From positions 124,001 to 188,000 of the IMG/VR virus record IMGVR_UViG_3300031787_007614: DNA of 64,000 bases. The stretch is one strand, 5' to 3'. The notes beneath the pieces are model-generated. The model was not told where the DNA came from. It ran no database searches and worked only from the letters and a program-made list of their open reading frames with translations. A program made the translations under genes and the position numbers. The number at the start of each line of letters is the position of its first letter. The first letter of the stretch is position 1. Positions 17,416 through 26,563 of this stretch are shown in pieces.

Positions 17416-18329
17416 AATGTTGTCTCTATTTGTTGCAAAAGTGGTTCAATAATTTGTTGCTTGATACAACTCTGTACATATGCTTGATCAAAAAATCTAT
17501 CATGATTATGCTGTAATTTTTCCAACGTAATACGATCATATGGCACCTGTTTAAAGTTGCCAACATTGCTAACCATTGCTTTTAATCGATCAACCGAGTT
17601 AGATATAGCGTCATATGATTCATCAAATAAATTATTAAAAGTTTCAAATCCCAAATTTTTTAAATGTTGCAATGATCCCAATTCTCCCCAAATCAAGAAT
17701 GGATGATAAAACGCCAGGGCCTTGAATGTTTTTTCACTAATCAATAAAGGTGTATTCACTACTGTCATAACTCTAGTTTCTGCAACTATGCTAAAATATG
17801 TATCATCGTACCATCGTGCTTCAAAATGTCGTTGCCCTGGCCAATCTACTACAGGAACATCGAACGGCAATTGTCGACCCATGCCTACATAACTCCAATA
17901 ACACTTGTCAAGGTATGGGGCCATGCGTTCCAATAATTGTGTTCGGTGGTGTTTATGCAAATTCATAGGCATAAGTGCAAGTTTTTTATAAGTTTTCTGT
18001 GGTTGATAAGTGTGATAGTTGTGAGCAATCATTTGCAGACTGTCGTGATACCACATGTAGTCCTGATGGTGCAACACATATCCGTTGCTTGTGGTGAATT
18101 TAATACCGGGTTCGTGTAACCCATCATATACGATTTGAAATCCACGTTCTAAAAACTCATCATGCACACTGGTTTTTTTCAATGCATCAGTATAGTATAA
18201 TGTGGTTTTGGGATCGTAGTTTTTGTCAACCTGATATTGTTCAACGTTAAAATATTCCTGATATAACGGAAGTTCCAAATTAGAATGTATAGTTCCAAGA
18301 TGATCATATATCAAGGTGAATTTTTTCAT
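17412..18329 (-). CDS. Putative glycosyltransferase-like protein
   Basis: SIVAET...ISEKTFKAL..HPF..LGFETF..FDESYD, shared with 20062..21399. Confidence 0.5.
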   Translation of the reverse strand: MKKFTLIYDHLGTIHSNLELPLYQEYFNVEQYQVDKNYDPKTTLYYTDALKKTSVHDEFLERGFQIVYDGLHEPGIKFTTSNGYVLHHQDYMWYHDSLQMIAHNYHTYQPQKTYKKLALMPMNLHKHHRTQLLERMAPYLDKCYWSYVGMGRQLPFDVPVVDWPGQRHFEARWYDDTYFSIVAETRVMTVVNTPLLISEKTFKALAFYHPFLIWGELGSLQHLKNLGFETFNNLFDESYDAISNSVDRLKAMVSNVGNFKQVPYDRITLEKLQHNHDRFFDQAYVQSCIKQQIIEPLLQQIETTL

Positions 18330-18829
18330 AAGTGTCCTGTAATTTGTAATGTGTATCTTGGTTCAAACCCACAGTTGGCAGCCATGTGTGGCGTGTCGTA
18401 CCGCCACTCCACTGTGTCTCCTGCTCGCCAGTTTGTCATTGGTTGATCTTCATATTCGCCGTAGTGTCCAGGTTTCCAGTCTTCAAGGAATACTACTGCT
18501 CGTCTGATATGTTGTTCCTGGCCTTGCAATTTAAACAATTCAATATATTTGACATAGAGATCTTGATGAGTAGGAAGGATTGTGCCTGAACTCATTCTGT
18601 AATAGCTGGTGCCCACATCCTTCCAGCCCATTTCTTCGTAAATTTTTACAAATTGTTTGTTCCAACTGGGTTGCACTGATCGCATGTCGCACATGTCGCC
18701 AGTGAATTTATTGGCAAAGCCTTGCCCTTGCCAGAGTTCTAGATTTTTTGAATCATTGAATGTTTCATTGATATACAATAGCTGTTTAAACTCGTTATCC
18801 CAAAATTTTGGAATGTGGTATTTAAGCAT
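18326..18829 (-). CDS. 2OG-Fe(II) oxygenase-like protein
   Basis: PTHQD and distal PHMA His. Confidence 0.6.
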   Translation of the reverse strand: MLKYHIPKFWDNEFKQLLYINETFNDSKNLELWQGQGFANKFTGDMCDMRSVQPSWNKQFVKIYEEMGWKDVGTSYYRMSSGTILPTHQDLYVKYIELFKLQGQEQHIRRAVVFLEDWKPGHYGEYEDQPMTNWRAGDTVEWRYDTPHMAANCGFEPRYTLQITGHL

Positions 18830-20063
18830 GTCTAGTGTTACCGTAATGCACCACTTCAACGTTGTCTGTAGATTCCAACTTGCGCCATGGGTCAACAATT
18901 ATACTGCCAGGCAAAATGTCACAGTAGGGTTTGGTGTCAGCTTGATCGCCGGTGTACTCATATGTGATCTTGCGATTGTGTGCCCACAAAAAGATTGCAG
19001 GTGTATCAACACCATCTACCACTTTGTCTTTGTTGTCAGCAAGTGGATCAACATACACAACTGATTTACCTTCCATCTCAACGTAGTGCCCAACCAAGGT
19101 TGAGTATGAACCAATACAGTATTCTACGTCAGGCTTGTAGGCCTTGCCGTGAATCACAATGGGCATGTTGTCATTCATCACACTTAAATCAACCAAGAAC
19201 ATGGCCAAGTTCTTAGCTTGAATTTCTCTAGCATGCATCACAGTATCAAACAAGTCATACCCAATGTTGTATTCTTTGGCCAACCAACGCAGTGCAATGT
19301 TATCACGTGGATGGCAAGCACCGGCATCTCCCATGCCTGCTGTCATGTACTTGGGTCCCATGATACGCATGGTTGAACGTGCAAGAGCATTTGTGACAAC
19401 GTCTACATTGATATTGCCAATTCGCATGGCAAAGTCTTGGACCATGTTTACAAGGCCCACTTTGGCCGAAATAAATGTGTTGTAAAAAATCTTAATGGCT
19501 TCGCATTCGTCCCAGGTACCAATTTCGTAGCGTGGGTCATTTTGCATCACTGTGTCATACAAATCACGAAGTTCACCGGCCAAGGCATTGGGGTTGCCAT
19601 CTTCAGTACCAATCATGATCATTTCAGGGTTCACCATGTCCCACTTTACCGAGCCCATGGCAATCAGGTAAGGATTGTACAAGAACTGATGCTTGGCATC
19701 CAACAACGGAACAAAGTGCTTGCGAGTAGTGCCAGGTAGCACTGTAGAGATCAACACAACCTTCTTGGAGCCAGTCGCGTATTTGTTAACATTTTTAATA
19801 GCATCAATCACAGCCGCATGCCCAAAATCTCGAGGTTCCATGTGTGAGCTTGGCACTGATCCATCATAGCCTTCAGCATGTGGTGTAGGCACAGCAATAA
19901 AAATCCATTCGCTTTCGTTTACTAGTTCTTCAATGTCGCAGACTTTTACTGAGTCACTGACTCTTGGGTAAATATCGTAACCGCGCACTTCGTGCTTTTC
20001 TGCCATGACTTCTGCGCAGTCAAGTCCTAGTTTCCCAATACCAATAAAACCAATTTTCTTCAT
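18822..20063 (-). CDS. ugd: UDP-glucose/GDP-mannose 6-dehydrogenase
   Basis: GFIGIGKLG, IAVPTP, STVLPG, catalytic GACHPRD, GKAYK; AAAGGA SD before MKKIG. Confidence 0.92.
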   Translation of the reverse strand: MKKIGFIGIGKLGLDCAEVMAEKHEVRGYDIYPRVSDSVKVCDIEELVNESEWIFIAVPTPHAEGYDGSVPSSHMEPRDFGHAAVIDAIKNVNKYATGSKKVVLISTVLPGTTRKHFVPLLDAKHQFLYNPYLIAMGSVKWDMVNPEMIMIGTEDGNPNALAGELRDLYDTVMQNDPRYEIGTWDECEAIKIFYNTFISAKVGLVNMVQDFAMRIGNINVDVVTNALARSTMRIMGPKYMTAGMGDAGACHPRDNIALRWLAKEYNIGYDLFDTVMHAREIQAKNLAMFLVDLSVMNDNMPIVIHGKAYKPDVEYCIGSYSTLVGHYVEMEGKSVVYVDPLADNKDKVVDGVDTPAIFLWAHNRKITYEYTGDQADTKPYCDILPGSIIVDPWRKLESTDNVEVVHYGNTRHA

Positions 20064-21399
20064 GAGTGTTCCTTTAGATAGATTATACAATTTTTTGCAA
20101 AGCCTTTGCAACCGAGATATCATAATTTATCGCTGGACGCCACATGGCTCAAGAAATTTAGGCGATCTGACGCCAATAAAAACTATACAATATCAGACAG
20201 ATGTATTATTAACTATCCCCCCAATAATCTGTCATGATCAAGAGCCGTTAAATTACAACTATTGGACTCAACATGATTTTGTACAAAATTCAACATTGAT
20301 TCTTGAAGAGTCAACTATTGTTGCTAACCAGTTTGCCCACTGGCATTTACGTTCAGCTTTACGCCGAAGACACAAAGCACATGTTTTTAAAAATACCTTA
20401 TTATGTCATTCAGAACTTAACAGCAAAGAACTAGACAAATACACACAAAATAACTTCACCGGAGTTTACTACTGGGCACATGGATTGATTGCTAGAGATT
20501 GGTTTAGATTTGCGCAACTAGATCATAGTCTAAAACAAAAAAATATTCAGTCTGATTTTTTGATTTACAACAGAGCATGGTGCGGCACTAGAGAGTATCG
20601 GTTAAAGTTTGCAGAACTTTTGGTAAAAAACAATTTACATCATCACTGTCAGATGGGATTCAATGACACTGATAGCATTCACTACAGTAACCACAAGTTT
20701 AACAATCCTGCCATGCAAATTTCTAGCACAGATCTTGACCAAAACTTCAAAAAAAATAATTCATTGCCAACAGCCAGTGCAGATTATTGCACTCAGGATT
20801 ATCAGCAAACAGCAATTGAAGTTGTGTTAGAAACGCTGTTTGACGACAGTAGATTGCATCTCACTGAGAAGGCTCTACGTCCAATTGCTTGTGGGCAACC
20901 TTTTATATTGGCAGCAACTGCCGGTAGCCTTGGATATCTTAGAAGCTACGGGTTCAAAACATTTGACTCAGTGTTTGACGAATCGTATGATACCATCAGC
21001 GATCCAGTAGAGCGGCTTCATGCTATAGTCGATCTTATGAACAATATCAAAAACAATCCAAGACGTTTGGAAATATATCAACAGTTACAAGATATCGCCG
21101 ACTTCAATCAACAACGATTCTTTAGTGATGAGTTTCATCAACAAATCGTAGACGAATTTAAACAAAATTTTTCTAATGCGTATGTAGAAGTGTTAAACAG
21201 TTGTACTGGAGAATACATGGAACAATACTTAAATGCCGTACAACAAACTCAAGAATATTATACTGCACCAGTATCAAACAATCATCTTCAAAATCTTAGA
21301 AACTGGACAAAATACGTCTATGATTTTATAGATCGGACAACGAGCGAGTCAAACATCCGTTCCAATCTTCCGGCGGCGGAGTGTGTTCATAATCAGTGA
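20062..21399 (+). CDS. Putative glycosyltransferase-like protein
   Basis: VVLET..HLTEKALRPIACGQPF..GFKTF..FDESYD; start uncertain. Confidence 0.5.
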   Translation: MSVPLDRLYNFLQSLCNRDIIIYRWTPHGSRNLGDLTPIKTIQYQTDVLLTIPPIICHDQEPLNYNYWTQHDFVQNSTLILEESTIVANQFAHWHLRSALRRRHKAHVFKNTLLCHSELNSKELDKYTQNNFTGVYYWAHGLIARDWFRFAQLDHSLKQKNIQSDFLIYNRAWCGTREYRLKFAELLVKNNLHHHCQMGFNDTDSIHYSNHKFNNPAMQISSTDLDQNFKKNNSLPTASADYCTQDYQQTAIEVVLETLFDDSRLHLTEKALRPIACGQPFILAATAGSLGYLRSYGFKTFDSVFDESYDTISDPVERLHAIVDLMNNIKNNPRRLEIYQQLQDIADFNQQRFFSDEFHQQIVDEFKQNFSNAYVEVLNSCTGEYMEQYLNAVQQTQEYYTAPVSNNHLQNLRNWTKYVYDFIDRTTSESNIRSNLPAAECVHNQ

Positions 21400-21685
21400 C
21401 TCTGGCCTGCAGATTGTCGTAGAAACTGTCTAATTCTCCATTCCATCGACCGCGCAGGCCTTTGATTGCACTGTTACAATATTCCCAATTGCGGCCTCGA
21501 TAGGCCTGCATCAAGTCACTGTGTACTTTTTTGTAGGCGTCTAGGGTTGGAAAATCTCCCAAGGGAATATTTTCTACCACACACCAAGCAGTTTCTTGCT
21601 TGTTGCCATCTTCAAATGTATCTAGTTCTAGTATGGTAAACTTTTCGGGAATTAGATGAAGTGAGTCTCCAAATATAATGTGCAT
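21326..21685 (-). CDS. Stand-alone homolog of the cyclase C-terminal region
   Basis: HSDLMQAYRGRNW..LRGRWNGELDSFY..R..WNG aligns with HNKMHALYKEKQF..LHGKFGGQMDKYY..R..WNG of 11521..13569. Confidence 0.75.
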   Translation of the reverse strand: MHIIFGDSLHLIPEKFTILELDTFEDGNKQETAWCVVENIPLGDFPTLDAYKKVHSDLMQAYRGRNWEYCNSAIKGLRGRWNGELDSFYDNLQARVTDYEHTPPPEDWNGCLTRSLSDL

Positions 21686-21709
21686 GTTAAATCCTTTTAA
21701 ATATGTATC

Positions 21710-22498
21710 ATGAAAGTTGCTTTTGACCTAATTTCTGATCTCCACATTGACACCTGGAACGAACCCTTTGACTGGACTGATCGAGCCACCAGTCCATACG
21801 CTATTGTTGCCGGTGACATTGCTGAAGATAGAAAATTGTTATCTGACGCATTGACCAATCTAAGTCGCTGTTATCAAGCTGTGTTTTTTATAGACGGCAA
21901 TGACGAGCATGCTAGATATTATCACAGTCTTAGCGACAGCTACAAAGACCTAACCAAACGCATTGCCAAAATATCTAATGTGGTTTATCTCCAGGACAAT
22001 GTGGTGGTAGTTGATGGTATTGGCATATTGGGCACCAATGGATGGTGGGGATTTGATTTTGAACTCAGCATTGATCCTACTCAAAGTTCTTTGTGGTGGC
22101 AAGAAAAAGAAAATCTCACCAGTGACATTGCTAAAAAGATATCCAGGATGGCTACCAATGATGCGGCGTACATGATAAACTCTGTGAAACGCTTGCAATC
22201 ACACAAGGATGTCAAACACATACTCATGGTCACACATACTGTGCCCTGTCAGCAGTTGATTGAGCATGACATAGATCTTGAAGGCAGCATGCGATTCAAC
22301 ATGATGGGCAACAGAGACATGATGCAGGCTATGGCAGCAGACGACGGGAAAAAGATTCATACCTGGTGTTTTGGACACTATCATGGATCAGTAGACCAAA
22401 TACGCCACGACGTGAGGTTTGTAAACAACTGTCGTGGGCGCAGTGGTTCGCCATGGTCACATCATGTGTACCATCCTCGCAGAATTGAAATTCAGTGA
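21710..22498 (+). CDS. Calcineurin-like metallophosphoesterase
   Basis: ISDLH, AGDI, GNDEH, HTVP, GHYH; TAAATA 6 nt before ATG. Confidence 0.9.
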   Translation: MKVAFDLISDLHIDTWNEPFDWTDRATSPYAIVAGDIAEDRKLLSDALTNLSRCYQAVFFIDGNDEHARYYHSLSDSYKDLTKRIAKISNVVYLQDNVVVVDGIGILGTNGWWGFDFELSIDPTQSSLWWQEKENLTSDIAKKISRMATNDAAYMINSVKRLQSHKDVKHILMVTHTVPCQQLIEHDIDLEGSMRFNMMGNRDMMQAMAADDGKKIHTWCFGHYHGSVDQIRHDVRFVNNCRGRSGSPWSHHVYHPRRIEIQ

Positions 22499-22803
22499 AC
22501 TTCTTCTGGTTCTAATTTGATTTGTAACGGATAACTTTGTGAACGAGCTTGCAAGGTAACTTCGATGCCTTTTTGTTCGGCAATCTCATAAGGTAGCACA
22601 GCAACCACAGCACTTCCAGCTTCGTGAATGTCAACTGTGATTTGTTCAGCAGATTCTGCGGTGTAATCAAAATACTCAACCAAACTACTGACCACAAATT
22701 CCATAGAGGTCTGATTGTCATTGATATAAATCACGCGAAACAACGACGGTGGTCGCACTGCTTCTTGTGTGCGAGTTCGTGATTTCGTTTCAGTTTGAGC
22801 CAT
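22492..22803 (-). CDS. clpS: ATP-dependent Clp protease adaptor
   Basis: RVIYINDNQTSMEFVV, VDIHEAGSAVV, YPLQIKLE. Confidence 0.93.
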   Translation of the reverse strand: MAQTETKSRTRTQEAVRPPSLFRVIYINDNQTSMEFVVSSLVEYFDYTAESAEQITVDIHEAGSAVVAVLPYEIAEQKGIEVTLQARSQSYPLQIKLEPEEVH

Positions 22804-22819
22804 TTTTTATCCTTGTTAG

Positions 22820-22850
22820 CAGTGGCAGCACTGTGCTGCCACTGTATTTA
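22820..22850 (-). promoter_or_regulatory. TAAATA immediately followed by an 11-bp perfect hairpin
   Basis: TAAATA at 22850-22845; CAGTGGCAGCA/TGCTGCCACTG at 22820-22844. Confidence 0.65.
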
Positions 22851-22860
22851 CACAATTATA

Positions 22861-23319
22861 TTAGTTTGTGTAGGTGATCGCAATAGTCTTTGGCTTGGCA
22901 TCTTCGGGCACTTCACGTTTCAAGTGAACGCTTAGAATACCAAGTTCAAGGTGTGCATTACTGATCTCCACATGATCAGCCAACTGAAATTCCCTACGGA
23001 AACTTCTTTCGCTGATGCCTTTGTGCAAATATTTTGTTGTAGTATCCTCATTCTCCACAGTCTCACGACTGTGCTTACCTTCAACAATCAAGAATTTTTT
23101 GTCCTTGGTTACTGTGAGGTTATCATGCCCAAAGCCAGCCACGGCCATGCTGATCATGTACTCATCTTCATTGATTTGTACAATGTCATAGGGTGGGTAG
23201 TTGGTAGAGGATTGTTGAGCACTCACACGCATGAGTTCATCAAACATGCTATCGAAACCGATACCAAATTTGGTGAGTGTGGGAATGTCGAAACTACGAA
23301 GGGTGAGAGTTTTTGTCAT
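22861..23319 (-). CDS. Small heat-shock protein (Hsp20/IbpA-like)
   Basis: NYPPYDI, AVAGF, YLHKGISERSFRREF, A.L..GILSV. Confidence 0.95.
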   Translation of the reverse strand: MTKTLTLRSFDIPTLTKFGIGFDSMFDELMRVSAQQSSTNYPPYDIVQINEDEYMISMAVAGFGHDNLTVTKDKKFLIVEGKHSRETVENEDTTTKYLHKGISERSFRREFQLADHVEISNAHLELGILSVHLKREVPEDAKPKTIAITYTN

Positions 23320-23326
23320 TTGTTTT

Positions 23327-23394
23327 CTCCTTTATATAAGCAAGATGACTTGTAATGTAGCCCCACTATGGGCACTACAACATTATTTATTATA
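23327..23394 (-). promoter_or_regulatory. hsp20 leader: promoter motifs, hairpin and ROSE-like thermometer
   Basis: Overlapping TATAAT/TAAATA at 23394-23384; TGTAG/CTACA hairpin; CTTGCTT-ATATA-AAGGAG. Confidence 0.65.
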
Positions 23395-23406
23395 CACGAA
23401 GAAAAA

Positions 23407-23634
23407 CTATATTTTATTATTTAGGTCAGTTATCAAGCGGTAACTTGTCCATTCTGGATGTTCTGGATGTGGCACCCAGGTCATTGCAAACAGTGTGTAA
23501 GATTCGTCTGAATCAAATGTAACCCGCAAGGTGTATTTGAATACTTTAGTACGGTATTTGATATTGTATTTTGCTGCCCATGCACTCAGTTTGTTTCGAA
23601 CAAAGTCTGAGGACAACCGAAACTCAATGTACAT
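23407..23634 (-). CDS. Hypothetical protein
   Basis: ORF coupled to rpsU. Confidence 0.7.
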   Translation of the reverse strand: MYIEFRLSSDFVRNKLSAWAAKYNIKYRTKVFKYTLRVTFDSDESYTLFAMTWVPHPEHPEWTSYRLITDLNNKI

Positions 23635-23858
23635 CAGTACAGTTTTTTAGGTAGTGCTTGCTCGGCTAGTTGTTTGCGCCAGCGATTTTTGGCAGCACTG
23701 CGTTTGAGTTTGCGAGCAGTAGTGGGCTTGATGTAGTGCTCTTTTTCACGGAGATCATTGAGTATGTTTGACGCTTGAATTTTTTTCTTGAGTTTTCTCA
23801 GCGCACGTTCAATATTGTTGTCCTGAACCAACACTGATCTACCATGTAATTTACCCAT
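23634..23858 (-). CDS. rpsU: Ribosomal protein bS21
   Basis: IERALRKLKKK, LREKEHYIKPTTARKLKR, C-terminal LY as in E. coli S21. Confidence 0.9.
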   Translation of the reverse strand: MGKLHGRSVLVQDNNIERALRKLKKKIQASNILNDLREKEHYIKPTTARKLKRSAAKNRWRKQLAEQALPKKLY

Positions 23859-25056
23859 TGACTTTCTTTAACTCCTCGGGAGTATTTACCATGTTTTCGT
23901 CAATTTCTACATGGGCGATGTTTTGTTTAGTATACTCGCCTAGCTTGTACATGTGTGGCAGTAGCACACGTTCCAGTTCACTGTGTAGTCCACGAGCACC
24001 AGTTTTGTTCTTGATGGTATTGTCGGCAATTTTGACCAGGGCCTCTGGGGTAAAATCCAACACAATCTTGTCTTGGTCAAACAGCCATTTGTACTGTTCT
24101 ATATAACTGTGTTTGATATCAATCAATATCCTAATGAGATCATCTCTAGTTAAATCTTGCAATGCTACCCAGGTTGGGAAACGACCAACAAATTCTGGAA
24201 TCATACCAAAGCGAATCAAATCGTCAGGTGTGACTTGGTCTAGGTGCGTGGTGGTATCCGAGTTTACTTTGGCACCAAACCCTATGCTGGTTCCACGCAC
24301 TCGACTTTTTACAATGTTATCCAGGCCCACAAATGCGCCGCCTGCAATGAACAGGATATTGGTGGTGTCAATTTCAACTGTTTCACCTGATGGATGTTTG
24401 CGCCCACCTTGTGGAACAATTCTACACTTGGTTCCTTCGACTAGCTTGAGCAGAGCCTGTTGTACACCTTCACCTGATACATCTCTTGTGATGGATGCTG
24501 ATTCCGAACGACGAGAAATTTTATCAACTTCATCTAAAAACACAATGCCACGTTGGCATCGATCAACGTCATTACCAGCAGCCGCAAACAGTCTACTAAT
24601 CAAACTTTCCACATCATCGCCAACATAGCCTGCTTCAGTAAGACTGGTGGCGTCAGCAATCACAAACGGCACGTCAAGATATCGTGCTACCGATCTTGCC
24701 AACAGAGTTTTTCCCGAACCAGTGGGCCCAAGCATGAGAATGTTGACTTTTTCAATTTCGGTATGTTTGTCATGATTGTTGATGCGTTTGTAATGATTGG
24801 CAATTGCCACGCTCAACACAATCTTGGCTTGATCCTGACCAATTACGTATTGATCAAGATGTGTTTTGATCTCAATTGGATTCAATGTAGGGGATGTTTT
24901 TGTTTCTTTAACTATTAGTTCTTCTTTGAGAAGAGTTTCACATAAATCCACACATTCATTGCAAATTGCAACACCTTCGCCCACAATTAGTTTGGCCACT
25001 GCGTCTTTATGTTTGTTACAAAAACTGCAGGTGTCAATGGTTTCAGTCTGTTTCAT
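23851..25056 (-). CDS. clpX: Clp protease ATPase subunit
   Basis: Zn finger CSFC..CNEC, GPTGSGKT, GYVG, LDEVDK, RDVSGEGVQ, IGF loop. Confidence 0.97.
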   Translation of the reverse strand: MKQTETIDTCSFCNKHKDAVAKLIVGEGVAICNECVDLCETLLKEELIVKETKTSPTLNPIEIKTHLDQYVIGQDQAKIVLSVAIANHYKRINNHDKHTEIEKVNILMLGPTGSGKTLLARSVARYLDVPFVIADATSLTEAGYVGDDVESLISRLFAAAGNDVDRCQRGIVFLDEVDKISRRSESASITRDVSGEGVQQALLKLVEGTKCRIVPQGGRKHPSGETVEIDTTNILFIAGGAFVGLDNIVKSRVRGTSIGFGAKVNSDTTTHLDQVTPDDLIRFGMIPEFVGRFPTWVALQDLTRDDLIRILIDIKHSYIEQYKWLFDQDKIVLDFTPEALVKIADNTIKNKTGARGLHSELERVLLPHMYKLGEYTKQNIAHVEIDENMVNTPEELKKVNG

Positions 25057-26558
25057 AAGTTATTGGTTTGTTTAAGACGTTCTGCAACTTGTTCACGTTC
25101 AATGTCACTCAACAAGTCCGGATCATACTCACCGGTTGCAATTTTGTCAATGAGGTGATCAATGTATGCTGTATCGTAAGTATAGTTATCTGTAGAATTT
25201 TTGTCAATAATAATCCACTCGTTGCCATTGAATTTGTAAACCTTGCTGGGCAATTGATCTACTCTAACAAAAGTATCGCCTTTTGAAGGACTGTCAGGGA
25301 ATCGTATTCCAAAGCTGGAGTTTGATTGTCTAGGTTGGTCATTGTCAGGCACCAACTTCATCCAAGGTAATTCGTCAATTTCTCCACGATATAATTTACG
25401 TCTTTCTTCCTTGAGTGTTCGATCAGGGTTTGCAGTTTTCCATGCTTTGACTGCTGCCTTGACATTTGCAGGCTCATCTTCTTCTTGATCAAAGTTAGGC
25501 ATGTCCACAAACACTGGCGAGCTTGGTGTTTCAGGTTGTGTAAAACTAATCGTGGCACCAGAAGTAGAGTCAAACACATCGCACTGTTTGTTTGGACAGA
25601 AAAGACCTATACCAGGAGCATCTACTAGTTCCGTGCCACACTTGTAGCAATTGATTGGGTCTGGCTTGTCAAACATCCACCCCGGCGGATGTGGATCTTT
25701 CGGCAATTCCACACTGGCTTGTATTTGTTCTATTTGGTCATCGGTGAGTGGCCCATCGTCGGGCTCATATTTAGGTTCGTCATGTATGAATCCACCTGTG
25801 CCTTGCCGTGCCCATTCAAACTGTTTGTTGGCGGCTAGGATAAGTGTGAGAGCAAGAGGATCAAACACCAGCACAATCATTATGATCATCCAACGCACTG
25901 CCCGTTCCAACAGATTGGCATCAGGATTGTCTCCGTACAACAGGGCCGCAATGTATTTTATCGGTCCGACTTCTGCGTCAACTTTGCGTACTTCGGCGGC
26001 AATAGGCGCACGGGCATCATTAAGTTCTGCGATAGACTTTTGCGACTGTGATATTTCAGCTTGAAGGCGAGTACGCTCTTTCTGCTGGGCTCTTCGCATA
26101 GCCACAGCTTTTTCGGCACCCGTTTCTGTTGTTGAGCGGCCCAGTACTTGGTCCACTCCCTCATCCATCTGTTTAAGTGCCTTACGGTTTGCTTCAATAT
26201 TCTCTTTTTCGGTCTTGATCTTTTCATCATATATTGCAATCTTGCTAACAACGTCGCCGGACACAAGATTTTGATCAGAGTGTGCCTTTGACAAATAACC
26301 AAAGATACCCATACTGGTCAGTATCATTAGGAATGCTATGGCTGGTACCAGGTACAGTTTGAACACAATACCGGCACGTTTCCAGTTGTTGTGCAACCAC
26401 ACAGTGGCCACAATCTTGCCCAGTTCTAGTGAACCACCCATGATGATCACAGGCACCACAGCCGCTGAAAATATAGCAGTAAGGCCGGCCACTGAGTACC
26501 AGGCAGCCACGGCGCTTAGGAGTAATGCGGTGGCGAGAATTCCAAATCCAAATATCAT
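25053..26558 (-). CDS. Multi-pass membrane coiled-coil protein
   Basis: N-terminal TMs, long coiled coil, further TM, acidic/Pro region with CYKC..CPNKQC. Confidence 0.75.
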   Translation of the reverse strand: MIFGFGILATALLLSAVAAWYSVAGLTAIFSAAVVPVIIMGGSLELGKIVATVWLHNNWKRAGIVFKLYLVPAIAFLMILTSMGIFGYLSKAHSDQNLVSGDVVSKIAIYDEKIKTEKENIEANRKALKQMDEGVDQVLGRSTTETGAEKAVAMRRAQQKERTRLQAEISQSQKSIAELNDARAPIAAEVRKVDAEVGPIKYIAALLYGDNPDANLLERAVRWMIIMIVLVFDPLALTLILAANKQFEWARQGTGGFIHDEPKYEPDDGPLTDDQIEQIQASVELPKDPHPPGWMFDKPDPINCYKCGTELVDAPGIGLFCPNKQCDVFDSTSGATISFTQPETPSSPVFVDMPNFDQEEDEPANVKAAVKAWKTANPDRTLKEERRKLYRGEIDELPWMKLVPDNDQPRQSNSSFGIRFPDSPSKGDTFVRVDQLPSKVYKFNGNEWIIIDKNSTDNYTYDTAYIDHLIDKIATGEYDPDLLSDIEREQVAERLKQTNNL

Positions 26559-26563
26559 AAAAA

